Assembly: GCA_000934665.2 (NCBI GenBank)
Contig: KZ538136.1
Span: forward strand, 1 to 64,000
Length of the DNA: 64,000 nt
Direction: 5' to 3'
Source: Catajapyx aquilonaris
Lineage: Eukaryota
Part shown: positions 26,701 to 40,103 of the stretch, in pieces
Layout: every line of letters begins with the position of its first letter
How positions within the stretch are numbered: the stretch's first letter is position 1
Program-made: the position numbers and the translations under genes
The notes under the pieces: generated by a model
Database searches by the model: none
Told to the model about the DNA's origin: nothing
Seen by the model: the letters and a program-made list of their open reading frames with translations, nothing else

Positions 26701-29670
26701 TGTCACCTTTGGCCTTAATGCCCTCAATAAGTCCTAATCAGGACGCCATCCGAAGGGTACCCTGGGAGCAGAGACCACGTTCTCTTCGGGAGCCCCTTCC
26801 TTTTCCTATGGGGCCCACAATAGACGCCTAACTTGCCCTTTCCTAACAGCCTTTCCTCATCTGCTGAATTTTTTACACTCCCAAACTCCCCACCACCCCA
26901 ACCTCTTGGGAAGCCCCTCAGCCTCTGGCCCCCCTTTTACCATTCGATATGAAGGTATTGTGAAGGTGGGTTGCTTGCAGGGGAGTAGGAGTTGTGGAGG
27001 GAACACTTCTTTTAGAGGCCGAGGTTTGGTGTGCCCTTCTTATTTGCCCGAGAGGCAATACCGCAGGGGGCCACTGAGGGTTTTCCATCGCACTTTGCCA
27101 CCAAACGGGCAGGCCTTTCTGATAGAAAACGCTGCTCCAATATCTTAAAGAGCTGGCAACCAATTTCAGGGCCTTTTACTGCCACGGTGTATGGGGAACA
27201 ATTTGGACCGAGGTTAACCTCTTTTTTATTTCTTTCTTTCCTTCGTTGGCCGCATTCAATCAACTTTGCTTCAGTACAAGCCAGTGGCTGGTAACAACCA
27301 TGCGGTAATTAAGCAGCCTCAGGAGTGGCTGCTGTACAGGACGTGGCCAATATTTTCAGCTATTTTTCTGCTTCTGCCTACACAGAATAAGCGTGGCTCA
27401 CAATATGCAACAGAGCAATGAATTCACATCTGCGTACAAAGCTACGCCATGTTCAGCCTGACTTGGTTCAATAACAGTGCATTATTCGAACCCAATGAGC
27501 TTCATTAAACTTGGCATTGAGGTATAACCTCTGTAGCATTAATTAGGGTGCGTTTTATATCCACGGGGCAACTGATTATGCCTTGTTGCACTTAATAAGT
27601 TAATAAGCAGCGGTGGCAAGCCACAATTTCAACTGCATGGAAGTCCCGGAATTGATATTTGCAGGTGGTCAACTACTGCGCAGAGTCATTAGTTTGACCT
27701 GACGCAACCCTTTGTAGATCTTACCTGTTTAGGGATTGGAATTATGTAAATTAGTGCGCTTGTGGAGTAAATAATTCAGTGGAACGACTGCAGAAAAACA
27801 TGCCAGCCGGTCTAATACAATAGAGTCAATGCCACAATTCTCTACAGTATTACACGGACATTACAAACACCATTAAAGAACAATGTCAAAAAAAGCACTG
27901 GAAATACTGCGAATTTTGAGCCAGATGTTGCTCGCATTTCCTGTTTAGTTTAGTTTAGAAGAATGTGAGTATCTCTTTATGACAACTGACTATATGGCTG
28001 CATAACTCGCATGGCAATAATATGAGACACAACATACCGCATGTACTTTATATCCTGTATCTAAACATTCACATAGGGTAATGAAACAATGCAAAAATCC
28101 CTCTCGCTCTAATTAATTACGCACATATATACCCTACGAGCACCACAATTTTTTGCTGCAAAAAAGGGACCCGCATCGAGTCCCGACTGCGAGCATAAGC
28201 CGCGTTCTTATTATAGCAGAGCACTGTATCTAGGAGATCAGAGCAATTAGCATGCAAAAAATATCCTGCCGACTCTCACAAGCCAATGCAGAGGCAAAAA
28301 CGTCTAATTTTCTGGGCTTGCAATTTTTGACGCACGGCTGAGTCCTGCTTGCAAATTTACGCTCCTTGGACCCGTAAAAAAGGGTGGGTAGGTGGGTGGG
28401 GGGCAGGGTAGGATTGGGAAGGGGTGGAGGGAGAGGAAGTACCCTACTTCCTAAAGGGTATGGTGGAAGCCAAAGAAAGCGGAAGAAGTGGAAGGCCGGC
28501 TTGCAAACCCCCTCCCTTTTCTGCTCCTCTGAGGAGCATGATTGAGCCCGGCTGATTTGGAGCTGTCCGCTCGGAAATTGCTGGGCCAGAGAAAAGGGAA
28601 AAAAAAGGTCATGGAGAAAGAAAAAAAAATGACCTGGGAATCAAGGCTCTCCAGACCTTCTCTCAAAAACCGCATCTCTTTTGATTAGCACCGACTTTGT
28701 CCCCGGTAATCTCAGCCTTGTTTTCAATTACAACCTTCTTCTGCAGTAGGACCTGACCCTTTTCCCTGCGACCTAGGAATGATACAGCTTCCAAATGAGA
28801 AATTCGTATGTCATATCCGGTGCTATTAACGGTGACTGAAATATGATTCGTACCAGTTAGATGATAGCTGTTGTTATGAGCCTTGGTCCGGCTGCTTCTA
28901 ACGTGCCAATTAATCGAAAAGGATTTCATGTCAGATAAACGTCCTAACTCCGAGGTTTGTAGGCGGATTTATCATCGGGTTTCATTCGCTATCGACAAGG
29001 TCGAATTAAAAGTTGGTGACGTATGGAGCCAGTAATGGAGTTTGGTATGCTTCCGACACTTATGTGATACTCGGTTTTATGGCTAGCCATTCGTTTCAGA
29101 TCAATTTCGGAAAATGCCAAGGATTAGATGGCACGCTGATCTTTTTCGGCTTTCGACGTTATAGGCCAGTAGTTAAAGGCGTATTCTGGTTAGTATTTGA
29201 TGCTATGATGTGCCACACTCTCCAGTCAAAAGAGTGAAATGGACACCTTAAAAAGAGTGCTTTTCCAATCTCATATTGTATCAATACCCAACACTAAGGA
29301 TCTAATATCTTAAGTTTGAGCTAATCCATCAAGCAAATCATGCGATACAGCAGGATCTAACATGGACTCTTTATACCCTTCTCTCTCGTTGCCGGTAGGC
29401 TATACACCGGTCCATTAATTTAATTGCGCTGTTTGTATAACCTTTCACATTTCGCAACATTGTACACATAGTAACAAGTATTGTCGTTCAACGTTCACGG
29501 TACTTGAGAATTTAATACCTCGACGCACATGCATGATACGTATAAGATAATTATTATAAACATTCCCACCTACTGACGACAGGTTTCCAACAGTACAAAG
29601 GTGGAAAAAAACTGCCTTGTACCAACGCACTGGAGCTGCTTGCCAGGGTACGAGGCAGTTGTCTTTCTAT

Positions 29671-29721
29671 TTTTTTCTATTTATGTACAAGACAAGACTT
29701 ATTGCACATAAATAGAGAAAA
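29671..29721. repeat. Inverted repeat / hairpin
   Basis: ttttttctatttatgtacaa ... ttgcacataaatagagaaaa (18/20 complementary), 11-nt loop. Confidence 0.75.
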
Positions 29722-32700
29722 TACGCGTATAAAGAAAAATATTGAGAAACGCATGACGTGCAAGTTTACTTTTCGCAACCTTACGTATACACGGCATACC
29801 TCCTGGCTAGAACTCCACATTCACTTCACCACGATATTAATGAAATAAATTGCACAACCTTGAAAGTCGTCGTCAGTGATTGATGCCTTGCAATCGTTCA
29901 TCACCTGAATAATAAAGAATTAATGCAATCATAGATTCCTGCACGAGAGTGCAGAATTCAATTCAGTCCCAAGTCTCCCAACTGATTTTAGTGCACTTCC
30001 TTACTGTAATCAGCTCATTTGGTTTGCTCCATATTGCCTATTGAATATAATCCCATACCATAAGATAGATTAGATTGTCCCTAACATGCTTGATACTTCT
30101 ATCGATATCTTTGACCTTCCCCTTCTGCAAGCACGAATAAATTCAATTTGGCCGAATCTGAAACACATCTACATCCAGAAAATTACAAAATACAGCTATC
30201 CTACACATGAATAGTCAGTACCAGTACCAGCTACATGGCTGGCCCCATATATGAGACCTAACGGATTGGAAAATACCCGGATTTCTGTACAGTTTCAAGC
30301 CCACAGCATTGCCAGACCATACCCCCACCCTCTTCCCTTCTGCCTCTCTAGAGCCAACTTCCCCAAGGATTGGTGTAAGGAACCTAAACGAAAGCCTGCT
30401 CCGACAAACTCCTGCAGCGAGACAATGCTCGCATCCGGAAAAGCGTTTTCCGAGTTGTAGCTGTGGAATATTCCAGTTCTATTCTCTCTTTGCCGCCGTC
30501 GGCTGAGTTCTAACTAAAGAGCTCCCCACCCCGTCGACACTTCCGGAGAAGAGAATCTCTCCCAGTTACTCCACCCTCCTGCTGCATACCACCCCCTTTT
30601 CAAATATCCCAGCCACTGCCAAGCAGATTCCCGGCGGCTATTTCAAGCCCCCCTCCATTCCCCTCAATCCCTCCTCTCCAGGCCTATCATTAGGGTGATT
30701 CTGGTGTAATCTACGCCCCAGCCGGACAGCTGTTTCCGAGATCGTGGCCAAGGATGCTAGAAATCAAGTGTACAACTAGAGGAGCTTGTTCATAATACAG
30801 GGCAACTCTGGTCTGAGGGGAATCGATTCGGAAAGGTACAGGTATACACTGAGGTTGTGTATCACTTCTTCAAACTTAATTACCGATATGGTAATTGCAG
30901 AGAGTATCCAAGCTAAAGTGTCGCATTCATCACTGGCTTAATCTCTACGCATTAAAAGTTCGCTTGGCACCGGTGTCAGCAATTTATAAGGGCTTATTTT
31001 AACGCGACTGACTTTATCTCTGATTCATATCGGGTGCCGCAGTCCTCTACACCCCCCAAAAGTTAATTTTATTAGAAGAGTAATCTGGAAATGGGGCTTA
31101 TACAACACCTAATAATTGACTCTTTTGGAATTACCTCTCTCGGTTCTGGTCATAATTGGGGCGTAAATCATAATTTAAACGGACAAACGGTATGCTATGC
31201 GAAAAACTAGTATAAAAAATATAGTATGAAGAGAGCGGAAAAGGAGTGCCACAGTTCCTGCTTGAAAGTGTCGAGTGTGCTGAAAGTCTGTCGCTATACG
31301 GAAACATCGGGGCTTAAGATGGGCGAGCTTGAGGGAAAAAAAACCGTCCCGGAGGCGATTTTTCCGCAACTGGCGGAGCGCAGTGTGATTCCTTTATTAA
31401 CAAGAATCGCAAGCATTTGGAATGGGGAGGAAGGTACCCAGGGGCCTGTTGGATGGCGACAAGGCTCCCCGACTACTTCTGGCCCAAGCACTGCCTCCTT
31501 TTCGCACATTTCCAAGCTGCCGAAATGGCGTTGGCTCCTCTACTCATCGCCCGACTAAAGGACAGTGCAATGCCCAACACGGGCATATAAAAGGCGACTT
31601 GATCGCATCCATTTTCAGGCGCTCTAATCAAATTCCTCCATTCGCACCATGGCTTCAAGATCGCTTTACGACCGAATTTCCTTTTCAGGCCCTTCACGCA
31701 CGCTGCTTTTCTCCATTAGGCGCATTACTTCATTTTACGGGGAAGGATTTCGGCACTTTTTTCTTTTCAACATTTTGTCCTTTGTAATTATTTTCATCAA
31801 TAATACATGGCATGATGCAGACTTGCTGAATTAGGCTGACTTTACTGAACGCTACAGGGCTCAACTCATAGGTGAGTCATATTAAATTAGCTAACACATT
31901 TGTCCTCTGCACTATAGTTAACAGCTCAGACCATTTTTGTACTGTATATAGTACATACAACAATAACTTAATGCAAGTGGTATGAATATACTGTAGGAGT
32001 GTACAGTACCGAACATTCTCAACGGTACTGTACGTATAATGATATTATCTCTAGGGATTTACATTGCTGGCGCCGCGGCGGGTCACGTGATGCCTGCAAA
32101 TACTTATTTTACAATTTCTTTCTTATAACTTGTATGTGCTTAAGGACCGGTTGTATCAAATAAATTAGTGAGAAAATCTCCGGTTGCGCATTTTGAGTAA
32201 ATTGCATGCATTCACTTGGGTTTAAGGAGCTCGACTTGAAATGTACGATTTGGCATGGAGTAAACTGATGCGCTTTAATTTCAAATTTTACGTCTAGGTG
32301 TAGTTCCGAAAATGTGTAGGAGAGAGACCTAGATATTCTCATCCATAATTTCTTACTTCTTTTGGAAACGGGGGTGAAACAGGAAGGGAAATCCCCTCCT
32401 CTAATGGAATCCTGGTTATGTAGATTTGTACAGAAATGTTACGAATTTAGAGGGAGACGACTATATACAGTATACAGTGTGGTACTCTCAGTGCTGCTTA
32501 ATTTTAACTATATTTTTGTGCCGAAATCCATGTTGCCCGCGGGAGAGTGATGAAATCACAGAGTGGCCCTGGCCAAAAAGTTTGAGTACTTGTCCTATTT
32601 CAGCACTTTCTTTTCGAATACGCCAGTGCACTGAAACAAGATGGAATTATCCATAGAAACGCGGTGGGGAAAAAAAAAATTTACATTTCGGAATCGACAC

Positions 32701-35700
32701 GAAAACCTGTTTTTGCCTTCCTCTCAGTTTATTTCCGAGCAAGAATAACACTCATTAGGAAATCCCGCTGAGAAATTTTGCACGCAGCAGAGAAATATAG
32801 CGAACCTCAGAAAATCAAGAAATTACTGAAGAGCCTCGGCGCACCGGAATGGAAGTGACCGGCGGTCATTTGAATGGCTAATCTCAAATGAGAATTTGAA
32901 GCGGAACCTTCCCACAATATAGCCGGGTAACGACTGACCACTCGGTAATTAATTATGCATTACATACACAATATTTCCATTATCTGAATTGGTATTGTCG
33001 TCGAAGCCCTTCGAGTGAGATAAATGTGGGAATTCCGCCTTGTCAAAACAGGACTCTCTACCCCAGATGCAAGTGGGAAAGGCCGTTATCTCCTCGCCCA
33101 CAATGCAAAGTCAGAGGCCGTTATGGCATCGATAGAAAATTAGTGGCCGTCCGATATGAACAAATGGGCCTAAATCCCATTCGCCTCATGTGCGTCAATT
33201 GCGCCGAATTAACGAATGATGATTGCCAACTACGGTCAGGCGCCTGATACCGCGGCCGTAAGCTTTGCTGCTCCACCCATAAAATGTCGCATAACTGCCA
33301 CAGAGTAAAGAACAAGTGATTTATTCAGTAGTGGGACCGCTGCGTTGCACCAATATCCTGCTTATGATCAACTCTGGATATATCGGAAGAAGTTAGCAGC
33401 ACTCGCCGCATCAAAATCACGTAGCGTTACCAGCCCCATATCTGCAAACATTGGTTTTTTAGTAGTTTCCGTCTAGAACGATAAACCTAGTTCCACTTCC
33501 CAAATCCTTCTGACATTCGCCGCAGCCAATAGATGGAGTTTGTTGAGAGTTGGCAGTTTTGCCAAGAGATGGCGGGGTGCGCGGGGGTGACGGATGGGAA
33601 CCGGGAGGGAGGCTTCTGATTGTAGTCAGTCGTGAGACTGCCGGACAGGAGGCTAGCCTGTTGTTGGCAACCTGTGCCACGACCCTGAGATGACCTCTAG
33701 GTTCTGGAGTGTGATGACCTACGGATGTCAGATCTCACATACTTCTACCCCACAGATTTTACTGCGCACAATGCAGCTTGTCTTGAAACCTCCTGACGAG
33801 AGTAACATTATAAATTTTAACTCTGTCAACTGCATGAGAACAGGCGGGAGCGTCTCCCTTTCGGACGCCCTGCGAGGACAGTGACATCACGCAGAATTCC
33901 AGAAAGTTGGACAGCTCCGTTCGGGACAGCTGCGGCTGGGCTAGAAACTGGCTAGAAATGTAAGAAAACTCCAGAAACCTGTGCAAAAGGCGGCTATATA
34001 CATATGAAAGTGGTAGTCTTGGACGTGATGCACACTTTCTGGAAAGGTTTGAAGCCAGCTAATAACTTTTCGGCAGCAACTCCTTGTAGGCAGGGAGAGA
34101 GGTGGGGGTTTCTGGGAGGGTTTGCTTTTGAACTCTGACTGAAACGGTGGCCTAATGAGAGAAAATTCTCAAAGCAAGCAGCTCGGAATGAGTCGCGCAG
34201 CAGTCGACTCCCTCTGGAAAACGGACCACACCCGAAAAAGGAGCGCTGAAAGGGGAGTTTGGGATAGAGCGGCCTGCAGCCAAGCCGATTCCCTGCCTCT
34301 TCTTGCAATCCAAAACGACGACGGAGGCCTTTGCTGTGTGCCCTTTTGCTGAGGAATTTCCTGCCGGCAGCCGGGACAAAATTATCAACACAGTCGCTGC
34401 TTCCAAACGCCATTTCCCTTCTCAGGATGTGAGGAGACGCATCAATTGAGAAAGAGAGCGAAAGGCAATACGCGTCACAGGTCGTTTTTCGCCACTTCGA
34501 CCAAGTGCCAAGTTTTTTTCCTCGCCATGCCTCTGCCTCAACTTTATAATGCTGTTATGTTGTCGAGGACACTTTCAAAGGTTATTACTTGGGTGGGGAG
34601 AGGTGGGGGCAATGATCTACCTCAGTTTTGGAGTGTGATGCAATCTCCAGTTGTGAAACGTTAGAGCTTACAATGCAGCCGTTTCTCCCAAGCCTGGATG
34701 CCAGAATGTAAATTCCGCTACTTTAATTTCCTCCTCCGTTTCATTTCCTTTGCTCTTCACAATCTGCCTTAAAACTTTGCGATTCCAGCAAAACCGCAGT
34801 TCTGTATCTCCCTGAAGGAGCCACGCCTGTAGCAGGTAGGAGAGCATGCTCTGTGCTATCGAATTCCTCTACAATCTCACAATGGCCACCACAGCTTCAA
34901 CCGGCGACCAAGCAACCGTTCGACCACCTCTCACTTTCAACGTCAAGCGTTCATGACAACGGTATGCTAGATAATTATTATGTACCGAGCATGTGGCTTA
35001 TATCTTCATCGACTGTGTGCGATTCCACGGCTTTCAGTAGCATATATATTTTCAGAAGTAGATATTTAATACGGGTGATTCTGTCCAGTCATGTGCCTTA
35101 TAATTCTCCCTGTAATGTGTGAATAAATAGGTGAATTGCACTAACAGTCATGAAGTTTTACTTGTCCAGTCAGAAGCTTCAAATAGGTCCAAAATTTAAA
35201 TATTTAAATGGTGGTGCAAAATTCATGCTTGAACGGCCATTGGTGCTTGTCTATAATGCCACAATTCCGCAACCTCTATATATAGAGGCTAACAGAAAAC
35301 AATAAGGGCTTATTTTGACGGACAACAGTCCGGATAAGCAATCACCAACTCCCTATTGACTCTTCCAACACATGCAGTTCAACCATTCTTTTCCATCAGT
35401 TGTGTACAAGCCTATAATCGTGCAGATCCTGACATAAGCGCATAACCGGATCGATTATTCTGTGCATGCAATATCACGGACAACATTACTGAGTCAGAAT
35501 GCATTTCGGAAAGCTGGAAGTACTGCTATACAGTCAACGATTGACTCGCAACGTCAGTAAAAATGCCGCATAATTTATTGCAATAACTTACATTTACGTA
35601 CAAACCCAAACAGTTGCGAGATCGGGAGTTTTAACAAGTTGTCACAGTTTGGCCTAAATACAGTTCTGTTATGGTCCATTATTGCATGTGAACAAGTACA

Positions 35701-37854
35701 GTTCAAAATGATTGAAATGCTGCAACCAAAATAACTTCCTTCGCCACCGCTGACCTGGGTCCTGTAATGCCGCAATGCATGTGAAGAGCAAAGGCACACA
35801 AATGCAAAGAGCAGTTGCATTTCCAGTATTCCAGCACGATTTATTTACTTAGCCTACTGTCGCACACACCGATGCTCCAGCCTCTTTTTCCTATTCCCAT
35901 TTCTCTCGATACGCACGTTTACTCAACGCATCATGGAGCTTCGTTCGGCGTGTCTGCTTTGCATTTGGGTCAGCGCACTCCATACTGGTCCTTTCTAATT
36001 TAATGCACGAAATGAACTGAAAAGTGCCTAGCAAACCACTGCATCAAACGAACGGTTCTGTACGCGTTGTAATTATCTCCACACTCCGTACCACGCTTCG
36101 AAAGTTGTGCACTGTAACCGGCAGCTAAAAGCGATACATGCTGTAAGTTGCGCCATATGTAGTGTGTCGTTCCGGGGCACATGTCCAAGTATTGTTTTAG
36201 CCAACGGCTAACCTTTCTTCAAGGCGAATCTCTTCTGCCAAATCCAAGCGTGGGTCCCGTCCAACCCAGTGCACCCACTTGCTGAATTGATTCCTACTAT
36301 CAGTGGCTATAACTCTTCCAGAGAGCATTTGTCGCTGAGCTATATCCAGCTCCAAGTATTTGGGACTTGTACTGGCGCGGATGGCCCAACTTTCAGACTC
36401 AACCCAGAAAGCTGCAGTAGATAGCATATCGTTTTATTTGGAAGGGGGCATGGGCGCTGTGGCAACACTGTGTCACGCTTGCAACCTCCGGGGCAATCAG
36501 AAGTTCTCCCGCCAAATCAACTATCTCCCTGATTGGCAAAAAAAGGTCCGCACCCTATTCCAGTGTTGCCAGGCCGGTCTAAGGTACTAGTGTATCATTT
36601 TCCTCCAGGTTTGTCATGGTGTATAAGTGAAGCTCACCTAATTATGAGCCATGAGCTGGGCACAGTGGGTTTTCAAACGCCTCCCGCACCGCAGTCCTTT
36701 TTGACTAATTATAAATTTCCATGCGGCAGGCCGCGGGCAGCAAAACCGATGATGAGAGACCCATTTTTTCCGCTGCAGGGTACCGCTATCCCCGTTTTAC
36801 AAGTCTCCCTCGCATTGTATTTTCATCCTGTGTCCACCCAGGCCCCAAATTCGGACGCCATGCAACTCCCTTCAATAAACCCCTACATGTGTTTTTGCCC
36901 TCGTCATCTACGGACTCTGTACACCACCCACCTCGCCACCACCCACCCCTGCGCACTTCACCTCTCTCCTATACCTAATTCGATTTTATGGCCTAATGGG
37001 ATCACCGCACACAGCCCAGCCACCGTCCCACAGGATTAGTGGCTTGCCATCTCTACAGGATATGCCATTGCGCCACAGATCCTGTCCTGGGGAAGGTTTT
37101 CCGATGGAATTCCACTGCGTCACCCGACAATTGCAATCATGTCGCACACCAGAAAAAAGGGGGTGGACGAATTAGTTTAATTTCCGTCCAGGATTAGGTT
37201 ATTTATTGATCCGGAAGAGGTGAGAATTGAAAATCAATCTGGATTTTATTGAGTCGCAGACATGACACCATGGTGCAAACTGATTTTTTGGAGCGGGTAA
37301 AGATAGTTGTGGTGCAATATGGTGATTTCAAGGGCTAATATCATCGGAAAACTCATAGCTTTTGTTGAATATTGCAAAGTATGCAGCACTAACAAACATT
37401 ACTCCAATATTCGTTGTTGTTTTACCCATACACCAGCAGCAAAAAAAAACACCCGCCATATAATCCGTACCGAAATCAAACAGGGTTAAACAACAGCGTA
37501 AATATTCTAGCAACTGCCAAAAACGCTTCTCAACACGGTGCACTAATAATATCCGATTGTTTTTTGAGGGTGAATTAAAGCAGGTTATTGGATCCGCAAC
37601 AGTGCGAGTGGACAGATTTGCACGTTTCTATTAGGCGTCACACGATACGTGCCTTTTATATCCCACTAATTTGTCACCACTTGAGAGGAGCCACCGAATT
37701 GATTGTGACATTTGCTTCCCCGATCCCCAGTTAAGCTCGGAAATGTGCCGGCTTGAGCTCGGTTCTCCGTGCGGTTGTTAAGCAGATGCAAAGCGACCGT
37801 TTCGCCAGTCTCATCCCCCGTCATATCCTAATTACTGCTGTGTCACTTAAATTG

Positions 37855-37857
<3 letters not shown>

Positions 37858-37904
<47 letters not shown>
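37858..37904. repeat. (GA)n microsatellite, ~23 units
   Basis: Seen directly. Confidence 0.97.
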
Positions 37905-37906
<2 letters not shown>

Positions 37907-40032
37907 GTGATGGAAGCTGAAAAATCAGACTGGTCCAACAGCAAGACAGCTAAGTAAATACAATTAAGCGGTCTCCACTTTTCCCCAGGAAAAAAGGCTC
38001 TCTCCGGGATATTCCACCATAAATACTCCTCCTAGAAACAACAACACGTCACGGCGCCCATAGCCTCGCCGTTGCAAAAATATTTACTCATCCGCCGAAC
38101 AAAAGACAGCGATTCCCCAAAAAGCATCTCCAGATGTTTCCAGCCACATCCATCAATTACGGCCCAAATGGAAGAAGCCGCTTCTTAAGTCGTCGCTGGA
38201 GACTGGAGAAATTTCGTCCCGGATTCGTGTTCAACAGAAGAGATTATTGAACCATATACCCCTGTCACAATGGAATGCTGCAAAACTTGTGCCTGGATGC
38301 AAGTATGTGTTGTATTCGTTCATATGGGGCAGTGTTTTCAGATCCGACCCTAACTCTCTCGCAGTTGTTGCGTATGGCCCAGAGCCTCCTGAACCTAGTC
38401 ATGTGAAAAGCCATGCATGATCATACGATGGTGCCTCTGGCTCCAAACAAGTCTACTGTACTGCATAATCCATTTTTTTCCACTGTATGGAACTGGGTAT
38501 ACCCCAAGCGTACCTGAATAAGACCGATCGACACTGATTCTCTTGTTGAAACACCCTATATAGTAGCAAACAACAAAATATGAGCCATAGCATATACACT
38601 TATCCCAGCCTCAAAGTGTGCTCCTGATGAACGTTGTGCTTCAGCCCCAAGGGCCAGTAATGGCTGCCGGTTGAATTGACCCACATTAGGGAGCCAGCAT
38701 ATTACCCGAGAACAGAGTGACAACCTCTTGACATCCGGGCGGCAAAACGGCTCAAACGAAACGTGCAACATACGGTCTTTTCCCACTTCCATAGGCAAAT
38801 GAATCCGGCGGAACGAACGACTGGTTGACTAATTCTGCCAACTGGCATCAAGCAGGTCGTAAAATAAGCCCAACCGATGCACCTGAATGGAGAGTAACCT
38901 TCTCTTTGTGGGCAGACCGAGGGCAAGCAGCGGAGAGCCGCATATCCCCGCATAACCCGGGCGCAAAATCTCCTAATGGCGTTGTACTTCCTGGGGGGAA
39001 CGCTCGTATCACTTGCCACCAGCCATGGCCGCTTTTATACCCTTTACACTCTATTTCACGGCCGACTCTCCCCCCCTCCCTTCCCCGCCCCACTAATGAG
39101 TTTCATAATATATTCAAAGTTTCGATTCGGCTGCCTGATAGTGCGTTCGTAGGGCCAGCCATTCAATTTCGTAACGGATGCCACTCGGTTCCATTTGAAA
39201 AGCTCCGGAATATCCGGGAGCTCTCCCGGAGCAATAGGGGTTCGTGCTGCTGCTGGTGGGCGAAGAGAACGGGGGAAGGTGGAGAGACTTTGGCTGGACT
39301 ATTCTGTTGGACTGGTTTTGATTTCCAGGACTTCATGTGAGGGGGTATTACAGTATATTGCGGATTCTATTTCATTTCATTTGGTGCCTAGCTGTGACAT
39401 GGGGTTAGCGTCTATTTTCGCCGCAGTGCGTATTTTTAGGAGGGCTAAACAATGCCACTTGGTAAAAAATGGAGTTCTGTAGTGTTTGCGGTGGGGATGT
39501 GGGGGTGAATATATAGGGCGATACGGTGTGAACATGCAACAACAGTGTCGTTATACAGCCATTGGATTGTTCCTGTGTGTAAAATAGAAATTCGATAAGG
39601 CTTCAATTTTTTTAAAAATACTGTAATTATCTGTAGTACGAGGGGACGAAGACAATCACATGCAAAATTCATTTAGGCGTCACCCAGAATTATTTTCCAG
39701 GGATATGCGCCTGGAACAACATAGCTGAACATTTGGTGCAATACTTCTGAATAATGTTGGAGATGTTAAGAATAACTCATTTCCAATCGAAGAATATTCT
39801 GCACAGTGGAAAAAAGGAACTTACCTGGAAAAATTACAGAGTTATGAACTTGTAGCAATGTTGGGGCTTAGGCTATACTCTGTTACATGAAGTCGTCCAT
39901 GCTTAGAAAGGGGAAATTCAAATAAGCGTTCCTTATTTCCCTTCGTCAACACAGCATTAACTGGAACATAAAAGTTCTTCCTTCCTAGCACCCAGAATAG
40001 AGGACAAAAATATCCGACCACCCGATATAATG

Positions 40033-40103
40033 AGGGTCTGGGAATTGAACCCGCAGGCTTCAGCTTCTCTAACCACCAGCATAACCACCAGACCACAGAA
40101 CCT
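40033..40103 (-). mobile_element. Decayed tRNA-derived SINE head (or tRNA pseudogene)
   Basis: Minus strand AGGTTCTGTGGTCTGGTGGTTATGCTGG...CTGCGGGTTCAATTCCCAGACCC: A-box-like TGGTCTGGTGG (40085-40095) and B-box-like GGTTCAATTCCC (40040-40051) at tRNA-like spacing. No clean cloverleaf or tail identified. Confidence 0.55.

Noticed and set aside
33891..33980. Repeated AGAAA words as a heat-shock element
   Set aside because: They lack the alternating nGAAn/nTTCn 5-bp phasing.
16409..39340. Other 140-170 aa ORFs (16409-, 21857+, 36533+, 38825+)
   Set aside because: No recognisable motifs and non-ATG starts; lengths are compatible with chance in 64 kb of six-frame translation.
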